In this document: piece by piece, positions 12,494-28,716 of the stretch
Layout of the letters: each line of letters starts with the position of its first letter
How positions within the stretch are numbered: position 1 is the stretch's first letter
NCBI RefSeq assembly: GCF_009914755.1
Contig: NC_060930.1
Strand: one strand, 5' to 3'
DNA: 64,000 nt
Source of the DNA: the human T2T-CHM13v2.0 reference genome, Homo sapiens
Translations under genes and position numbers: made by a program
The notes under the pieces: model-generated
Told to the model about the DNA's origin: nothing
What the model saw: the letters and a program-made list of their open reading frames with translations, nothing else
Databases searched by the model: none

Positions 12494-13721
12494 ATGGCTG
12501 AGGTAGCTGGAATATGAGAGGTGAGTTGTGGAGGAGAAAATTGAGATATGAAGGTATTTGGTGATGTATTTGGGGAGTTGATATCAACCTTGAGAGCTGA
12601 CTGCCTTCAGCTTGACTGATAACAGTTATTTTTCTTTCTTCTCTTCTTTTCAAATCACTAAAATGGTTAAGGGTTTGCAGGATCAAATTAAGTACACTTG
12701 GTAGGAATTGCATTCATGTTGCAATGATCTCTGAGAACAGATTTAGCCAGCTATGGAGTTAGGTTCCGATTCCTGCTTTGTCCTCACATACAGTAGTTTG
12801 TTTACCTCTTTTCCGTGGCTAAAAATGAAAAACAGTAAACACAGAGACCATTTGCTCTGACCTTTTCCATCTTTGCGTATTATGCAACAATTTGGCTAAC
12901 TGGGCAGAAAGTGACAGCATTTGACTCCCAGAAGAGATGCCAGTTGTGTGTATCTCATTACAATGTTCAACTAGATCAACTTCACTGTAAATATTAAAGA
13001 AGTGCCCCTTTAAGGCCCTTACTCTGACCTCTAATGCAATTCATTTCACAGAACATGAAAAACAAATCACCAGAATAAACTTCCTGAATTGTATTTGTGA
13101 GCTAATTCTCAATCTACTTATAAATATTATTAGGAGTATTGGCTAAATGCTACCATATGTTAAGGCAGAATTTGTAGAATCAAAATGCCATACACATCAC
13201 AAAATAAATGGAGTTCACTGCTTCTATCATCCTTAGTTATTTTAACTTTATACTTGTGGTGTGTTATGAAGGCTATTTCCCCCTAAGGAACATGTGCAGT
13301 GTGTAAATTATTAACTCGTTAATTCCTGAGGTCCTTAGGCTTCAAGGACACAACCGTTTATTTTTCTCTAGTTTGCTGGTTTCATAAACGTGGAAACTGG
13401 AAGACTTACAGCAGGAAATTAATGCTAAGCCAAAAATAGAGCTCAGGTTTTTGTTTTTAGTACAGGATTGAAGAGCTTTTGCATGGAAATAAATTTATGC
13501 TATTTGTAGGCATGATATCAATTGAGATTAGAAAAATTGTTTCTGACTGACTATAATATTTAATTGTTTTAAATTACTTTAAAGTATAAATATGACATTT
13601 TGGTTTGGGGAAATGTATTGCCCTTAAAGCACTATCACTTAACTGGAACTTATTCAATGAAATTATTAATGTAGTAAGAGAAATATAGCCTGATAAAGTC
13701 AACACATACAAGTTTGACTCA

Positions 13722-14065
<344 letters not shown>

Positions 14066-15044
14066 CTACTGTGTGACACTTCGTGAATGAGGAATCAGGA
14101 GACAGCAGAACTAAAAGGAGCCAGTCTTGAAAAAAAAAAAAAGGAGCAAGTTTATGATGGCTTTTGTTTTGTGTATTTCAGAATTCTCCAGAGGCCTTAC
14201 AAGCTACTTGGCATTTTTTAAAAAAAATAATCCTTCTACTATATATGCTATAATTATATACTTAATTACAGCTTGTTTTAGGATCATCTGTGAAAAATGT
14301 ATTACAAATACACTTTGAGGATATGACTACAATAATAACACAATGGAAGGTAGCTGAATCCAAGGATAATTTGGCAAATACTAACAAAGAGTTTACTAAA
14401 GCAACACTGATTTAAAGGATACAGATACAACTAAGGACACGAGGAAAAGAAAATAATCAAATAGATGTGCTTTGCATTCACAGTAGAGTATCTTAGCAGT
14501 TATAAGATGGAATACTTTAGGAAATATTTTACACATAATCATTTTCTAAAGACCTGAGGAATTCTTTTAGGAATTCCTCATCATTATTGTTACTTTTTTC
14601 TTTTCTTAATATGCTTTGAGCATCAAAATTCCTGTATCAGTGCCATTGTAATCATACTATATAAATATGTTGCCCATCACATGAATTCATAAATTAGGGT
14701 GAAGTAACAAATGACAAATGGACAAGGCACAAAGAGAGCTCAGTAATTTTACACTGGGGAGATAAAGGAGGGGAAAAAAACACGGGAAACTATATTTCCA
14801 TTGAAGATGTTTTTCTTTTTCACATATGCTTTCAGCATCTTAATTGTGAAAACTCATGGGCATTCATAATATAAGAAAATCTGGTGTAATAGTGGTCATT
14901 TCTACAGCAGAATGCAGCTATTGACTGTTTACTAGAAAAAGGGAGACTCAAAGCCTATTTGGAAACAGGTGGCAGAACGAGGGAACTAAGTAGTGAGGGG
15001 TACAATGAGGATTTAATGAGGGATGCTGTTGGTTCCAGTGATTC

Positions 15045-15230
15045 TCAGTGGTGGCTGTTCATGAGATTCGTTTTTGAGGAGCCTTTAAAAAGTACCGATG
15101 TCTGCCACAAACCCCTCTCTGCCACACCCCACCCTCCATATTCTGATTCAATTGAGAGTGGAGGACAAACAAAATATGGAAGATTTTTGGTGTGCAAACT
15201 GATCTGATGACTAGTTCTGAAGATTGCTTG
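15045..15230. mobile_element. MER5A-like hAT-Charlie fossil
   Basis: gaggagcctttaaaaagtaccgatgtc..attctgattcaattg. Confidence 0.45.
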
Positions 15231-16309
15231 GAAATAGTGAAGATGGGGGAAAAGCATGGAGGAAATCTTAATATAGAAGGGACTGAGACAAGAAAGAGAA
15301 TGAATTGACAGAAACAATGGGAAAAGAGGCATGCAGTTCATGGACAAACCATCCAAGGAGCTTAACTGCGGTAAATAGAAGATGAGTTAATATTCCCAAG
15401 AGACATATACTTTCCTATGTATGGATGTAAAGTAGATTATTGATATTTCTTGGTAAATCTCCCAAACCTGGCTTTTTCACACTAAATTTCCAGCCACTGC
15501 TAACAACTCCCACTGTGCATTCATCCAGAAGTTTCTGAAATTGGTACCAGACAAAGAGAGCTATCAGGCATTTTCAGCAGGCCATAATATTCTGGATCAG
15601 TTAAATAAGAAAGGAACAAAAGGATTAAATTGGTAAGTCAATGGTAAGACTGAGAATATCTATGAGGTTCCTACCCTGAAACAAAATAGTTGAAGAGTTA
15701 TGCAATTTGTGTGAGGTTTCTGAGGAATCTTTATTTTGCAAGATTTGTAACACTATGTTATTTTGGCTGAGGATACCATAAAAACAAAGTCATTTCCAAC
15801 AGTGCACCGAAAATCTTTGCACTTTTTCTGTGTTCCAAGCTCAAGGGACTACCTATCATTCTAAAAATATATCAGCCCAAACTACCTTTGCTTTTTTTTT
15901 GAATGTCTTTATGTCTTCAATATCATTTTTTTAGTCTCACTCCAAAAGACACATTCTCTGTTAAACATCTTGCAGTTGATGAAAGGCAGTATCTAGGTAT
16001 GCTGTCATCCAGAACACACACATCTTTAATATCACTTTCATGTTGCTCTGTTTACTTATCTGCCTCTCTTTCTGGATAGACTGAGAGTAATTCAAAGAGA
16101 GTTTACAGCCATTGCCTTGCAGAATGTCTGTTTTTAATTGCACTGGAAAGCTAACCCTTCTGTTGGGTAACTAGAACCCCTGATGAAAGAGAACTGGACA
16201 AATGCTTGCTGCATTAAGTTGACACCCTTCACCTACTTGGAAATGTTCTTTTTGGCCAGTCCTGTTGAAGCAACTTTAGTTATGTCAGCTGAGTCTGTTC
16301 CGTGGTGTG

Positions 16310-16470
16310 TTTTTGTGTGAGTGGGTTCATCGGTCTCAAGGGGTGTATGAATCAACTAAAAATATATGAAAATTTTGCTTGTTTGTGCAGCACATGTGCT
16401 TTGAAAGAAAGATTTGTTGAGATTCTCAAAGTGGTCTAAGGCCCAAAACAGATGATAAAATAAAACACTA
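16310..16470 (+). mobile_element. MER103C-like hAT fossil
   Basis: aggggtgtatgaa..atatatgaaaattttg..agattctcaaagtggtct..cccaaaa. Confidence 0.5.
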
Positions 16471-16609
16471 TCATAAGCAGTGAAAAACTAGACAGTTTAT
16501 CACTGAATTCCAAAATTAGACGAGGATGACCATTATGATTACATCGTATTTATTGGAAAATAAAGGCAAAATTTATTACCTGCAGCATTATTATAGTCTA
16601 CCTAAGAAC

Positions 16610-17570
16610 AAAACAAAAAACTAACTGAAACTTTTAGTACTAAAACTAATAGAATTCAGGAAAGTGGCTAGATATAAAATAAATTTAAATGTCAATAGGT
16701 TTATATTTGCAAAATTACTTGGTAATATAATTTTTAACAATCCCAGTTCATCAGTGATAAAAGTATATAATACATCAAAATTTAATAAGCTCTTTGCAAG
16801 ACGTCTACCAGAAAAATAAAATAACTTTCCTGACAATCATGAAGGAGGACTTAATAAATACAAAACTGCGCTGTATTCTTCGGTGAGATGATTTAGTACT
16901 GGAAAAATTCCAAGTAAATGTATAAATTACCTCAGTGCAGCTAAAAATGTAAATTTAAATAATAATTAGATACATTTTTATCTTTCAGATTAGCAAAGCT
17001 TAAAAATATGTGGAATAGTGTACTTTCTCATATATTGCTGACAGGGATATAAATTGTTACAACTTTTTGGGCAGTAACTTGGAACTATGTAGCAAAGTTT
17101 TAAACTTCTCCCTCCATAGTTCTGTTTTTATAAATTTATTCTCCAGAAATATTCACCCAAGTGATTGTAATAGTGATATATTAGAAACATCATGAAAGTT
17201 TGTCAATAAGAATTGGATTAAAAAATTATTTTCCATCCCTTTGGGGAAATATTGGGCAGACATTAAAAGGATGTGGCAGTTTTATCCATCAAACACAAAT
17301 CTTGTCCTTGTTTATAATGACAATTATGCAAAAGCAAGCTGAGACACACAGCTTAATGTAACTACATCTTTATTTTTAAAAAAAGTATATGTGTGTCTTT
17401 GTGTAGGGGGTGTGTGTGTGTGTGTGTGTAGGATGCATGTAAGAAAGTTCACGAAGGAATAGACTGATTAGTGGTCATTTCTTGGAGTAGAATTTCAGGG
17501 GCTTTTTGTTTTTTACATCGTCCTCATTTTCACAACTCTTCAAGACTTTTACAATAACAATACCTTATGT
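16610..17570 (+). mobile_element. Old L1ME-type ORF2/3' fragment with (GT)10 at 17410-17429
   Basis: aaactaatagaattcaggaaagtggctagatataaaat; attgctgacagggatataaattgttacaactttttgggcagtaacttgg. Confidence 0.7.
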
Positions 17571-19659
17571 TATTAATTGGAAACAAACATAAAGATTTCT
17601 TTATCTCTTCAGCCTTTCACCTTAAGATTGTTATGGCTTCATCTCTGTTTTCACCATACTTAAACTTCAGAACACAACCCTTTTTAGGGGAACTGCCTAC
17701 CCAGTCCCTCAAGAGAAGACAGACACCATTCACTATTTTATAGCTGAGTAGAGCTAATGATGGAAATGACAATGATAATGACAAGAGAGGGCCTGACACA
17801 TTTCTGAGCTTTTCGTCAACTTTTACTGCTCGCTCTTCACCTCCCTGTGATCCCCTGCCCTAAATGAGAGTGTTAGAATGTATGTCATTAAAGTTCATTT
17901 CATTTGAAGCACACATATTAAAAAAGGAAAAGAATCACAAAGATCCTTTTGCTTTACCAAAAGAAAAATATATTCCTCAGACGGTCAAGGCTAGGCAGAG
18001 CTTTTTAAAGCTGGAATGTGAAATTTTGGATCCAGAGCTTTTCTTGATAAGGAAAAAAACTTTTAAATGGAGATAAAAAATTAAATTGGAAACATCCAGA
18101 CGTATTTAGAGAGGCCTATTTGTTGGTTTTCCAAGTAGTTACTACATCCCCAAGCCTCTAGATTTTTTTATTAAAATGCTTTTTAAGAAATATCTCATCA
18201 TTGCATAATCTATTGGGCACAAAGAGAATGTTCTCATTGTAATCAAATACTGAAGAACGTTGAAGAAACCCCATCATTTCTTTAATTTTATTGCAATTTT
18301 GATTGTATGATTATTTATTTCAACATTAAAGAATATTTCTCTTTTAAAGTCTCTACTGATCAAGCGCACAATGAGTTATTTTAAAACACATTCCAAATAT
18401 TTTATTTTGCCCAGCTTCCTGTTGACAGGTACAATAGTCCCATCTTAGCTTCTGTTCACACAAGAACACATTTTGAAACCCAATTAATAAAAGGTAGAGC
18501 TACGCAAGCTCTGCAGAGCCCAGCACCTGCTGAGCAAACTGTCAAATGTTTGCCACGGTACTTAGAGCTGTATTATGGCAAAATGGAAAAAAATAGGCAT
18601 GGGAATAAAATTTAAAACCCACAATGAAATAGTTGATTAAGAAAATTAAGCCATTTAGTACAGACCCATGCCTCTGCCTCCTGGAGGAAACCTTAGGAGG
18701 CTGTGTGGACCAGAGTCAGTTAAAACATTTGTCCTCTGTGGCAATGACTGCTTAATTTTATTCACAAAGGACTCCTTTGGCATTCATCTAAATTTTCAGA
18801 CCCCTTTTCAAATTTATTCATAAGTTTCCTCTTTCCCAGTGACCCCAACATACTCGGTGCTGGGAAAGAGTCTGTCAACAAATGGCAGATCTGCACCTAA
18901 GCCAGCATGAAGCCTTAGGGGTCCTGAGGCCCAACTTCAGATAGCTCCTTGGGATGGGATAAGGCTGAGCTCTTAGTCTCCCTGAGCCAGGCATTTTAAT
19001 TGCTAGATTTTTTTTTTTTAATGTTTAAGGGAGGAGGGGGAGGAAAGTGATAAGGGAAGCTTTGAGGGAATAGTGATGAATAGACATGGCTCAACTTTTA
19101 CCTCCTCCAGAAAGCCTCCTCCAATTAATCCTATTCTTTCACTAACCATCCCTTTATTCCACCCCTTTATTCCAAGTTTCCCCAGCCTCTGGGTCCATAG
19201 TTGGCCTGGAAAAATTTTGTGTCTTCTGAGTTGTTTTTGTTTGTTGCTTTAGTTACTGAACTCCCCAGCTAGCCTATGAAAAGTTTCAGAAGCCTAGGAA
19301 TATGTCTTCCATTCCTTTATGGGATTTAATAGTGCTTAGTTTTACTCAGTAGGAAGGGGAGCTCAATTAAGTATAAGAATTATATTAATTAGATAAAAAA
19401 ATTAGAACCCTGAAGGTTTTCTGGAAACAAACAAGCAAACAGAAACTATTAAAGCAAACGCAGCTGGCAGAACTTTTTTTCTCAAATGACAACCTCTTCA
19501 ATTTGACGTGGCCATGAGCTATTCAGGGCTCAGGTTTAAGGGAGCGTCTACTAAATTGTGATATTTTTTAGGAGCAATTTTGGTGACATGATGTAGATTG
19601 AGGACATTTACATGTTTAGAAAGAGTCAGTCACATGGCAATGATATTCTCTATAAAATT

Positions 19660-20170
19660 TATTTATATCCACTCTTGTTTTTTAAAGGATTTGAAAAGAT
19701 TAATGAGATTAAATACAACATATCATTAAAAATTGTTAAAAAAAGGAACACGAAACGAGATTCATAAAATAGAGTTAAAATTAAGACTAAATTGAAAACA
19801 GATCCTGCAAACACTTGCACCCTTGCCAAAAATTTGGGCCTAAGCTTCCTGGCAACTAACCTGAAATAAATTAGGTACGTGATCAGGTACACAATAGATA
19901 GTGTTTAAGTGACAGAAATAGTTCACACTGGTCAGGAGAACTGTAACGACTCTTAATGCAAAATACAGGCAAAGACCTCTTGAGGATGTTCATCAAGTTA
20001 TGACTGCATAATGCCTCTCATTCATGACAATTCTTAAGCGTGGACCAGCTTGAGTTTCATGAGGTGTGTTTACAGTGTCTTTCAGTATGAACAATCTTCA
20101 CATCAAATGTAGTTCAGTAAAAGCAATTCTACTGATATTTATACAGGAGTTCTATGAAATAATTTCCTCT
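19660..20170. mobile_element. Possible L4 (RTE-X) fossil
   Basis: aaatttgggcctaagcttcctggcaac resembles the recalled L4 consensus. Confidence 0.35.
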
Positions 20171-20228
20171 AGTCCGTCTAAATTTGGGAATAGATATGAG
20201 AGTATCTGCCCAAATGGAAGGACTACTC

Positions 20229-20583
20229 TATCAATTAGGTAGGGCTAGTTTGTGCCAGAAAATGTCAGTTGCTTAAAACTACAATATTTAATTTTTGTTC
20301 AGGCAACACGTTCACAATGGGTTAAAAAAGGACTCTGCTCATTGAAGTTATTAAGGAACCCTTGGTGAATAGAGGCTTCATGCTTTCATGATCACAGAGA
20401 CTTGGGGAAAGGACACAGCAAACCACGTAGTAGCTCTTAAAACTTTGGCCCAGAACAGTCATCACGTCTGCTGACTGAAGCAAATCAGTCATCAGGCCAG
20501 GCCAGTCTTCTATAGAAAGGGATGTGCAATCCTCCCATAGGGAAGTGCACTGAATATTGTAAACAACAATACAGGTTATGACA
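20229..20583 (-). mobile_element. MLT1 (MLT1I/J-like) MaLR LTR
   Basis: cagttgcttaaaac..gactctgctcattgaagt..tagctcttaaaact..aagcaaatcagtca..gtgcaatcctccca. Confidence 0.7.
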
Positions 20584-21939
20584 ACCATGTGTCCTTAACA
20601 AAAAAACCTAAATAATGATTTTCTCAACTGTCATTTCCCAACATATTGGGTGACAAAAATTTCCAAATTGCATCATTCCCTACTGACTCCCTGAAGTGGT
20701 AGTGTTCTCTGCTGGCAGTTTAAAATGAGAACTGTCTGCTTTCAAGGATAGACCGGCTGCAGGTAGGATTGATATTCTACCATGAAAATGCAGCAGCTTA
20801 AAGGAGCCATGCCAGAATACTCTCCACCACTTAATACTTTTTATTGCTTTTGACAACTTAAACTCCACATTTTTTCCTTCTCTAGGAAAACATATTGGTA
20901 ACTAGACATATACATAACATAGATTGGTATAATGATGATGCCTTTTATGATTCACCTTAACCATTCTTTCGTGACCCCTGCCATCAAAAACATTCAGTGA
21001 CTTCCAGTGGCATTCCTAGCATTTTTGACACCTTGGCTGGATCATTTTTATAACACCCCTCACTTTGTGATGCAATTATTTTCATGTAGTAATTAGCAAT
21101 CAATATAATTTTTAAATCTTCTGTTTTAAAACAAATGAAAAGAAGTGATTTTGATTCTAAAGATTGTGCAAATTCGGGATATTTTATATATGAACTAAAA
21201 TTTGCACTTATCAAATAAAAAATGTTATACTTGCATTTTGCATTTAAACGAAAATAGGAAACTCCAAGTGATCCCATAATAACTCAAGTTCTGTTTCTTT
21301 GACTTAGAATTGCAGCTATGTCTGCCCAAGGCAATTGCCAAGGTTTCCCAATTTATCCTGAATGATTGTAGCTGAGTGGGGTACGTTTGGGGAACAATTG
21401 TTTAACTGGGAATTTGCTGAGTTAACTTTTATGTTGAACACAATATTTAATAAAGGACAAATAATAAAAATGTGCTAATTCAAACCACACAATGTATTAT
21501 TAAAACTCAATGGTAATGGCAGCAATTGTTTAAAACTAAGACCAGAAATGATTTTTTTTTTTTTTTGAGGAGGAGTATTTTATCACTTCATTGTTTAGAA
21601 ATGTCGGCAGGAAGTGATGATTAGAATCAGAATGACTGGGTTTTATTATAGCTTTAAAATTTTTTATAGACAGGGTACCCCCTCATTGTCCATACCCAGA
21701 ACTCCCTCATACTTGGTCAGTCACTGGTGACTCCTCAGTGTTTACATAATTGAGTCTAAAGTGGTGATCTTTAGCATAGTTCTCCATCATATGGCCTCAA
21801 CCTCCTTCCAGCCTACTCCTCCACAGTTCACCTATTGCGAAAATACCCCATCATCTAGAATTGTGAAAATATTCTGTTCCCTGAGCCCTCCTCTTAAAAA
21901 AATGCTTCTCTGTGTGTTTGTATTTCTCCCTCTGACAAT

Positions 21940-22135
21940 GTAAGTGTAAAGAGCACAGGCTTTAGAGCCAGGATTTTGTGGGACTGGATTTTCCCTCTGC
22001 AGCTTATAAATTGTGTGACCTTGGACAAGTTATCCAACCCATCTGGGCCTCATCCTCCTCATCTGCAAAAATATTGATTACAGAGCCCATTTACAGATAC
22101 CACTGGATGAGATGAGAACACATAAAATATATGTT
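21940..22135 (+). mobile_element. MIR
   Basis: aagagcacaggctttagagccag..tgtgtgaccttggacaagtta..ctcatctgcaaaa. Confidence 0.8.
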
Positions 22136-22999
22136 AAATTGTCTTATCCCTCCATATCTTTCATTATTCTCCCTTAATAAGTTTTGCATATCTAACAGTT
22201 ACAGGACTTTGATCAAAATAGGCCTGCATAGAGTTTGAACAACTGAATTGAATTTATTGGGCTTCATTCATGATATACAAGCTTCCAAAGTCACATGGTC
22301 TAAGCCCAAGCTCCAGTTCTTTCTACAATTGCCTCAGCTGTGAGTCTTGAGCATTGTCATAAGAAGAGAATCTAGGATATTTCTCATTTGGCTTCAGTTC
22401 CTCTTCTTCAGCTGTCCAGACCTCTTTCATTTAGAAAAACACTGTGACAAAATGAGGAGGCTGCAGAAGCACAAGTGGGAATGGCAGCTGACCGCACGGG
22501 GAGAAGGTGTCTATTTCACCTTCAGGACCATCTTAGCATTTTGAGCAGCTCATAGGTCAGGAATGCTGTTGTCATCAGGGTTAGAGCTATGTCCTGAATA
22601 AATACCAAGTTAGGAGGAAGATGACTCAGAGCTGCCTAAACCTCATACTCCTCTGATATTTTAAGCAACAGAGAGTGGCAAGCAGCTGTTAGATATCTTT
22701 GCTTCTTTGTTCAGGCAAAGCTTAGCCTGTTCCATTTGGAAAGAAAATGGTCATAATTTCCAGCCCATTTTAAACTCTTCCTTCTTAGAATTGTTACTGC
22801 ACACATAACCTGGGTCACACAACTTAGTTTTCTGCAATCTCAACTCTTTTTCTAATTATTTCCTCTTCCCCAAATGGATATTAAGTTTGTTGTGGAAAGA
22901 GAATATGCCTTATATTCCTCTTATATTCTCTCCAAACTGAAAGATTAGCCTTTGGCCCAGAGTAGGTAGTGCATACAAGCACTAATTTCATTTATATGG

Positions 23000-23170
23000 G
23001 ACTTTAAAATGAAAAATTACCTTTATGTCCATTCTTTTGTTTAAACTTCACTACAACTTCATAAAATAATTGTTATTATCTTTATTTTATAAACCAGGAA
23101 ACTAAGGTTTAGAGAGATTAAGTATACTGCCAAGGATAAGGATCATACAGCTAGTAATTAGCAAATCCTG
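23000..23170 (-). mobile_element. MIR
   Basis: ttattatctttattttata..ggaaactaaggtttagagagattaagt..tcatacagctagtaa. Confidence 0.75.
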
Positions 23171-23174
23171 CATT

Positions 23175-23199
23175 TGTGTGTGTGTGTGTGTGTGTGTGT
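23175..23199. repeat. (TG)12 microsatellite
   Basis: Perfect TG run. Confidence 0.95.
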
Positions 23200-25619
23200 A
23201 TTCACCTCATAAATCGTATCTTAAAGACTCATTCATTAATGACAGCTTAATTGAAAACCTTTAAAAAATATATTTAATTTTTTTCTACTTATTAAATCCT
23301 TGTTCCCTAACTTGTTTTTATTGCTCTGAAAGCAGCTAGAAAACCATTTTGTAATTTGCAAAGATGTAGATCTAGAACCTAATTATTTCATTTGTATGCA
23401 GAAAAGAAAACCTGTACAAATGTAAGAAGAAATGGCACAGGAAAATCCCCAAGTAATAAGAAACCATAAATTCATTTGTATTTTAGGTAATATGTTTATG
23501 GCAGATATTTAGAGAATTCACATTATTTTGGGGCATCATTATTTATCTGAAAGATTAGGAAGGGCGTGGAAGAGTCTGTGCGGTTAAGGAGAGCAAAATA
23601 GGTGTAAATAATATCAATTGGTAGACTCATTTGATTCAGTCAACAGGTTTTATGAAGCACCTGCATTTTCTGTCATGGCTGGAGAGTGGTTTTCAACACA
23701 TGTTAACATTTGGGTAGGTCAGATACTCTGTGAGTTCAATCAAGATAACCCTGTTTACCCACTAAGATGACTCAGAGAGCTGCTAGGACCTAGTTTTTTC
23801 ATTTCGGTCTCGTGCTGCAAATGGTCAGCAACTATGAGATTGATGGAAGACATTTGCCTCAATTATTATGCTATGATTCATAGATTCCTACTATAGAACA
23901 TAACTGAGTATTTGGCCTTCCTCTTTCAGTTGGGGAGAGTAAACAAATTTCTTATTTATATCAACAAGTCATAATTTGAGCAAGTTAAATATTAAAACCT
24001 ATTGAAACAGAAAAAGAAGTTAAGTTTAGGTGTGGATAATGTCAAGAACAACTATTTAGTCTTTATTTGCGAGATGATGGGCAAACATTTTATGCTGCTT
24101 GCAAAATTAATGTCTTCAGTAATTTACTACACCTTTTACTTCATTCATGACAATTTCAAAGGATTAACTGTGAATGGATATTTGAGGAAGTTAGCTTACT
24201 GGATCACCAAAGAGTGGCCCAAGGAAGGGTGGGGAGTAGAAAAGTGCTCAGGAGATAGCTGTTGAAGCTGCAGAGAAATCTCTATTTCTATCTCCTGGTT
24301 TAAACCCTCCATCCCACTCAATGTGCATTAACCTGAAATATTAATAGATCACTGTGCTTCTCCCTTAAAAACAATGCACAGGCATTTAGATTGATGATTG
24401 CTGCTGCATTCAAGGTTCTGTAAATAATGATAACAATACTGTCTAGCACATTATATAAGATCACCTAAATTATAAGTAGAAGATGTATCACGTCATGGTC
24501 AAGTCTAATATATATAATTTATGGGCTTTATTCTCACTGTTGCAAGTGTCTATTGAAGAGGGCAAGAATAATGACCCTTATCCAGAAAAATATGTGAAGC
24601 CTGTGTCTTTTTCTAAATCTGGAGTTTAAGAAACTGTGCGATCCAAAGGAAAATCCCTTTCAAGGGGAAAAATTAAATCATTTAAGATCACCCCTCCCAC
24701 TAGGTTCCATTAACCACATTTTGTGAACTTAGTATGTGTCTGACACGATGATGAGTATAATGGCAGTGGTGGTAGGAGGTGTAAAAAAGTGTTGGACATG
24801 TGCCTCACTTTCACTGTTAGCACTATTTCTTTGAGGAAAGGATGGCAGTCTGTCTTTTTCTTCTGTTTTGGGAATATCCCAAAGAATTATTAAAAATGGT
24901 TTTAACTTTCATTGTGTCCTCAAAGTCTTGTGCTTTGATATTTTTTTTTGTTCTCTGAACCTAATTTTACACTTTCTCATAGCTATAAGTATTCATCTTT
25001 TAAATATTTCTTTCTCTTCCAAGACAGCTTTCTCATAACTTATCTCGCCTGTCTTCTTTCTTTTAGATTTTTGCTGATTTTCTTAACATAACAACTTTGA
25101 GCTCCATTGTGGTAATTTTTCCATCTGTTATGACTTTGTAAGCCTGTCTGCAAACCTTGCATCATTGTCACCTATTGGTGCATCGAACTGAATTATTCTC
25201 CTTCCCAGTTCAGAGCTTATTGTACATCCACAAAAGACTTTTCTTTTGTTTAATCATATACCTTAATCCATTTCTGCATCTATTCTCCTTTTTTCATCTG
25301 CAAACATTAATCGTTTCATGCGTTAATTTGAACTTCATGAAACAGACATTATGTAGGTCAAAACAGTCAAATATCAACAATTTCATATGATTCAAATTAA
25401 CATGTCTTCCCAATTCCCATTTCCTATTAATTATAATTTTCAAAAATTGAAAAATATACAATATTTGTATATTTCCTTTTCTGACTAAATTAGTGGTGCC
25501 ACCTATATCAAATAGCTAGTTCCTACAAACATGGCGCTGTACCCGGGTTCTGTACGCTTTTCCAGGAGCATAGGCTGCTGCCTAGTTATCACGAGGTGCA
25601 ATGATTTTGCTTTCCTTGC

Positions 25620-26762
25620 CAATATTGTTTTAGATATTTATGGGTCTTTGCAGTTGTTGAAATAAATTTAGCTGATTTTTAGCAATTAATCTTCTAATTT
25701 CAAAATACTTTCTCTCCTATTCTCCATCCCTTTGTCTGTTTGCTCTTTGTCCTTTCCATTTTCTCAACAGTATATTTAAGATCTTCCATTGCATTTTTAA
25801 TGTTAACTATTGTAAGTTTAATATCCAAGGTCTTTATCATGTTTTCTGATTGTTCCTTTGTAACAGCATCTTGTTTTTGATTCATGGATGTAATATTTTC
25901 TTTCATCTCTCCAAAAATATTAATCATAGTTTTATCTCTTTTCCTCCAGCTTGCTTCTTATATTTTCTATTCCCAGTACCTGATCATATTTTAGAGTGGA
26001 GGTTTGAAAAGTGAATTAGAAGCTCTGTGCTCATGGTTGGGACTTGCCAACTGTGGGCTCCCCTATGGCCTTTACTGGCTAGGCTGCTCAGAGCCTGTAA
26101 TGCCATTATCTTCAGGCCTCCCCTCTCTGGTTTATCAGTATTGCCAGATAATGATCTTCTGATCTCCAGCCTAGATAGCATGAAGCTAGCTATTAGCACT
26201 CTGGTAACTGAGGGATCTCAAAGTTCAGTATGTAAACTTTCACTTAATCCCCCTATCCTGACTATGCCATTTCTTTTTTCCACTAGGCTTGATGTCCCCC
26301 ATGTCAGAGAGTCTCTGTTTTCCTATGTCTGGAGAATAAGCTTCCAGTTCTTTTGTTGTGTGGAGTAGAAATGACACAGACTGGAGGAGGGTATCTGGAG
26401 CTAGATTTCATAAACAGTTTTAACCACTCCTCTTTGGTTTTGTTTGGTTTCACCTTATCCCCACTTTCAGAGCCATATGGTGCTAAAACTATCTGGACCT
26501 TGGGAAGGTTTTGCCAAAGAGTTAGAATAGTTTCTCAGATTTCTGCTGCCAGTTTAGGATTTACTTTCTTAGTTCATGAAGTCATTTAATACTCATTCTT
26601 TTTTTTCATCTTCTGAAGTTTTATTGTTATTCTCCCATACTCTCTTCTCTTTGTCCTTATAAGTTTGTGCTTTAAAAGATCCTTTTACCATTGTTTTATG
26701 GGGTTTCTGTGGGGGGTGAATTCAAAGGCACACATCTAATCCCCCATTTTTAACTGGAAATC
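25620..26762 (-). mobile_element. Ancient L1M/HAL1-type 5' end with ORF1 coiled-coil remnant
   Basis: ORF 25700-25927 (..EMKENITSMNQKQD..IKNAMEDLKYTVEK..) is L1 ORF1-like. The terminus ccatttttaactggaaat is typical of L1ME 5' ends. Confidence 0.7.
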
Positions 26763-26859
26763 CCTCTATTATCTTTTATTATTTTCTTCTTGTTTCTTTG
26801 GTTTACTTGGTTAGTGTTTTATTGGTGCTTTGAGTAATCAATCACTTAACTTATTTATG

Positions 26860-27232
26860 TAAATCTCAGTTTCTGATAAATGTCTCTAAAACTAAAAATT
26901 TCATTAGTACTAATTTACTTCCAAAATTTGACCTTTAAGCTTTCATTGTTATTAAACTGTAAATATTTCACAGTTTTTCTTATGTCTTTCTCTTTAACCA
27001 AAAAAAACCCTCATTTTTTTAATAATATGTTTTATTGTTTCCAGCAACATGGATCATGGAATTACTAAAGCAATCCCTTAGTTTTGATTTCTGATTTTAT
27101 TGTGTTGTGATCAGAGCTAAAAGTCTATATGATACTGATTTTAGGGGGAGTATTGAAGCTTTTTTTGTGGCTTATTGCATGATAGATTATTTTTTTACAT
27201 TCCATGTGCTTGAATAAAAAAGTGTACTGTGT
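26860..27232 (-). mobile_element. L1M ORF2 (endonuclease region) fragment
   Basis: ttttattgtgttgtgatcagag..tatgatactgatt..ttgtggc..ttccatgtgcttgaa. Confidence 0.6.

Positions 27233-28716
<1,484 letters not shown>

Noticed and set aside
15529-15632. Exon-like open segment (KFLKLVPDK..) with GTAAGT donor
   Set aside because: It resembles a decayed CR1 RT region (KAFDKVPH..RKQRVGING), so it is more likely a LINE fossil.
25484-25600. Small CpG patch with AACATGGCG (YY1-like) and a partial CTCF-like motif
   Set aside because: Only four CpGs, imperfect motifs, and adjacent to old L1 sequence; insufficient support.
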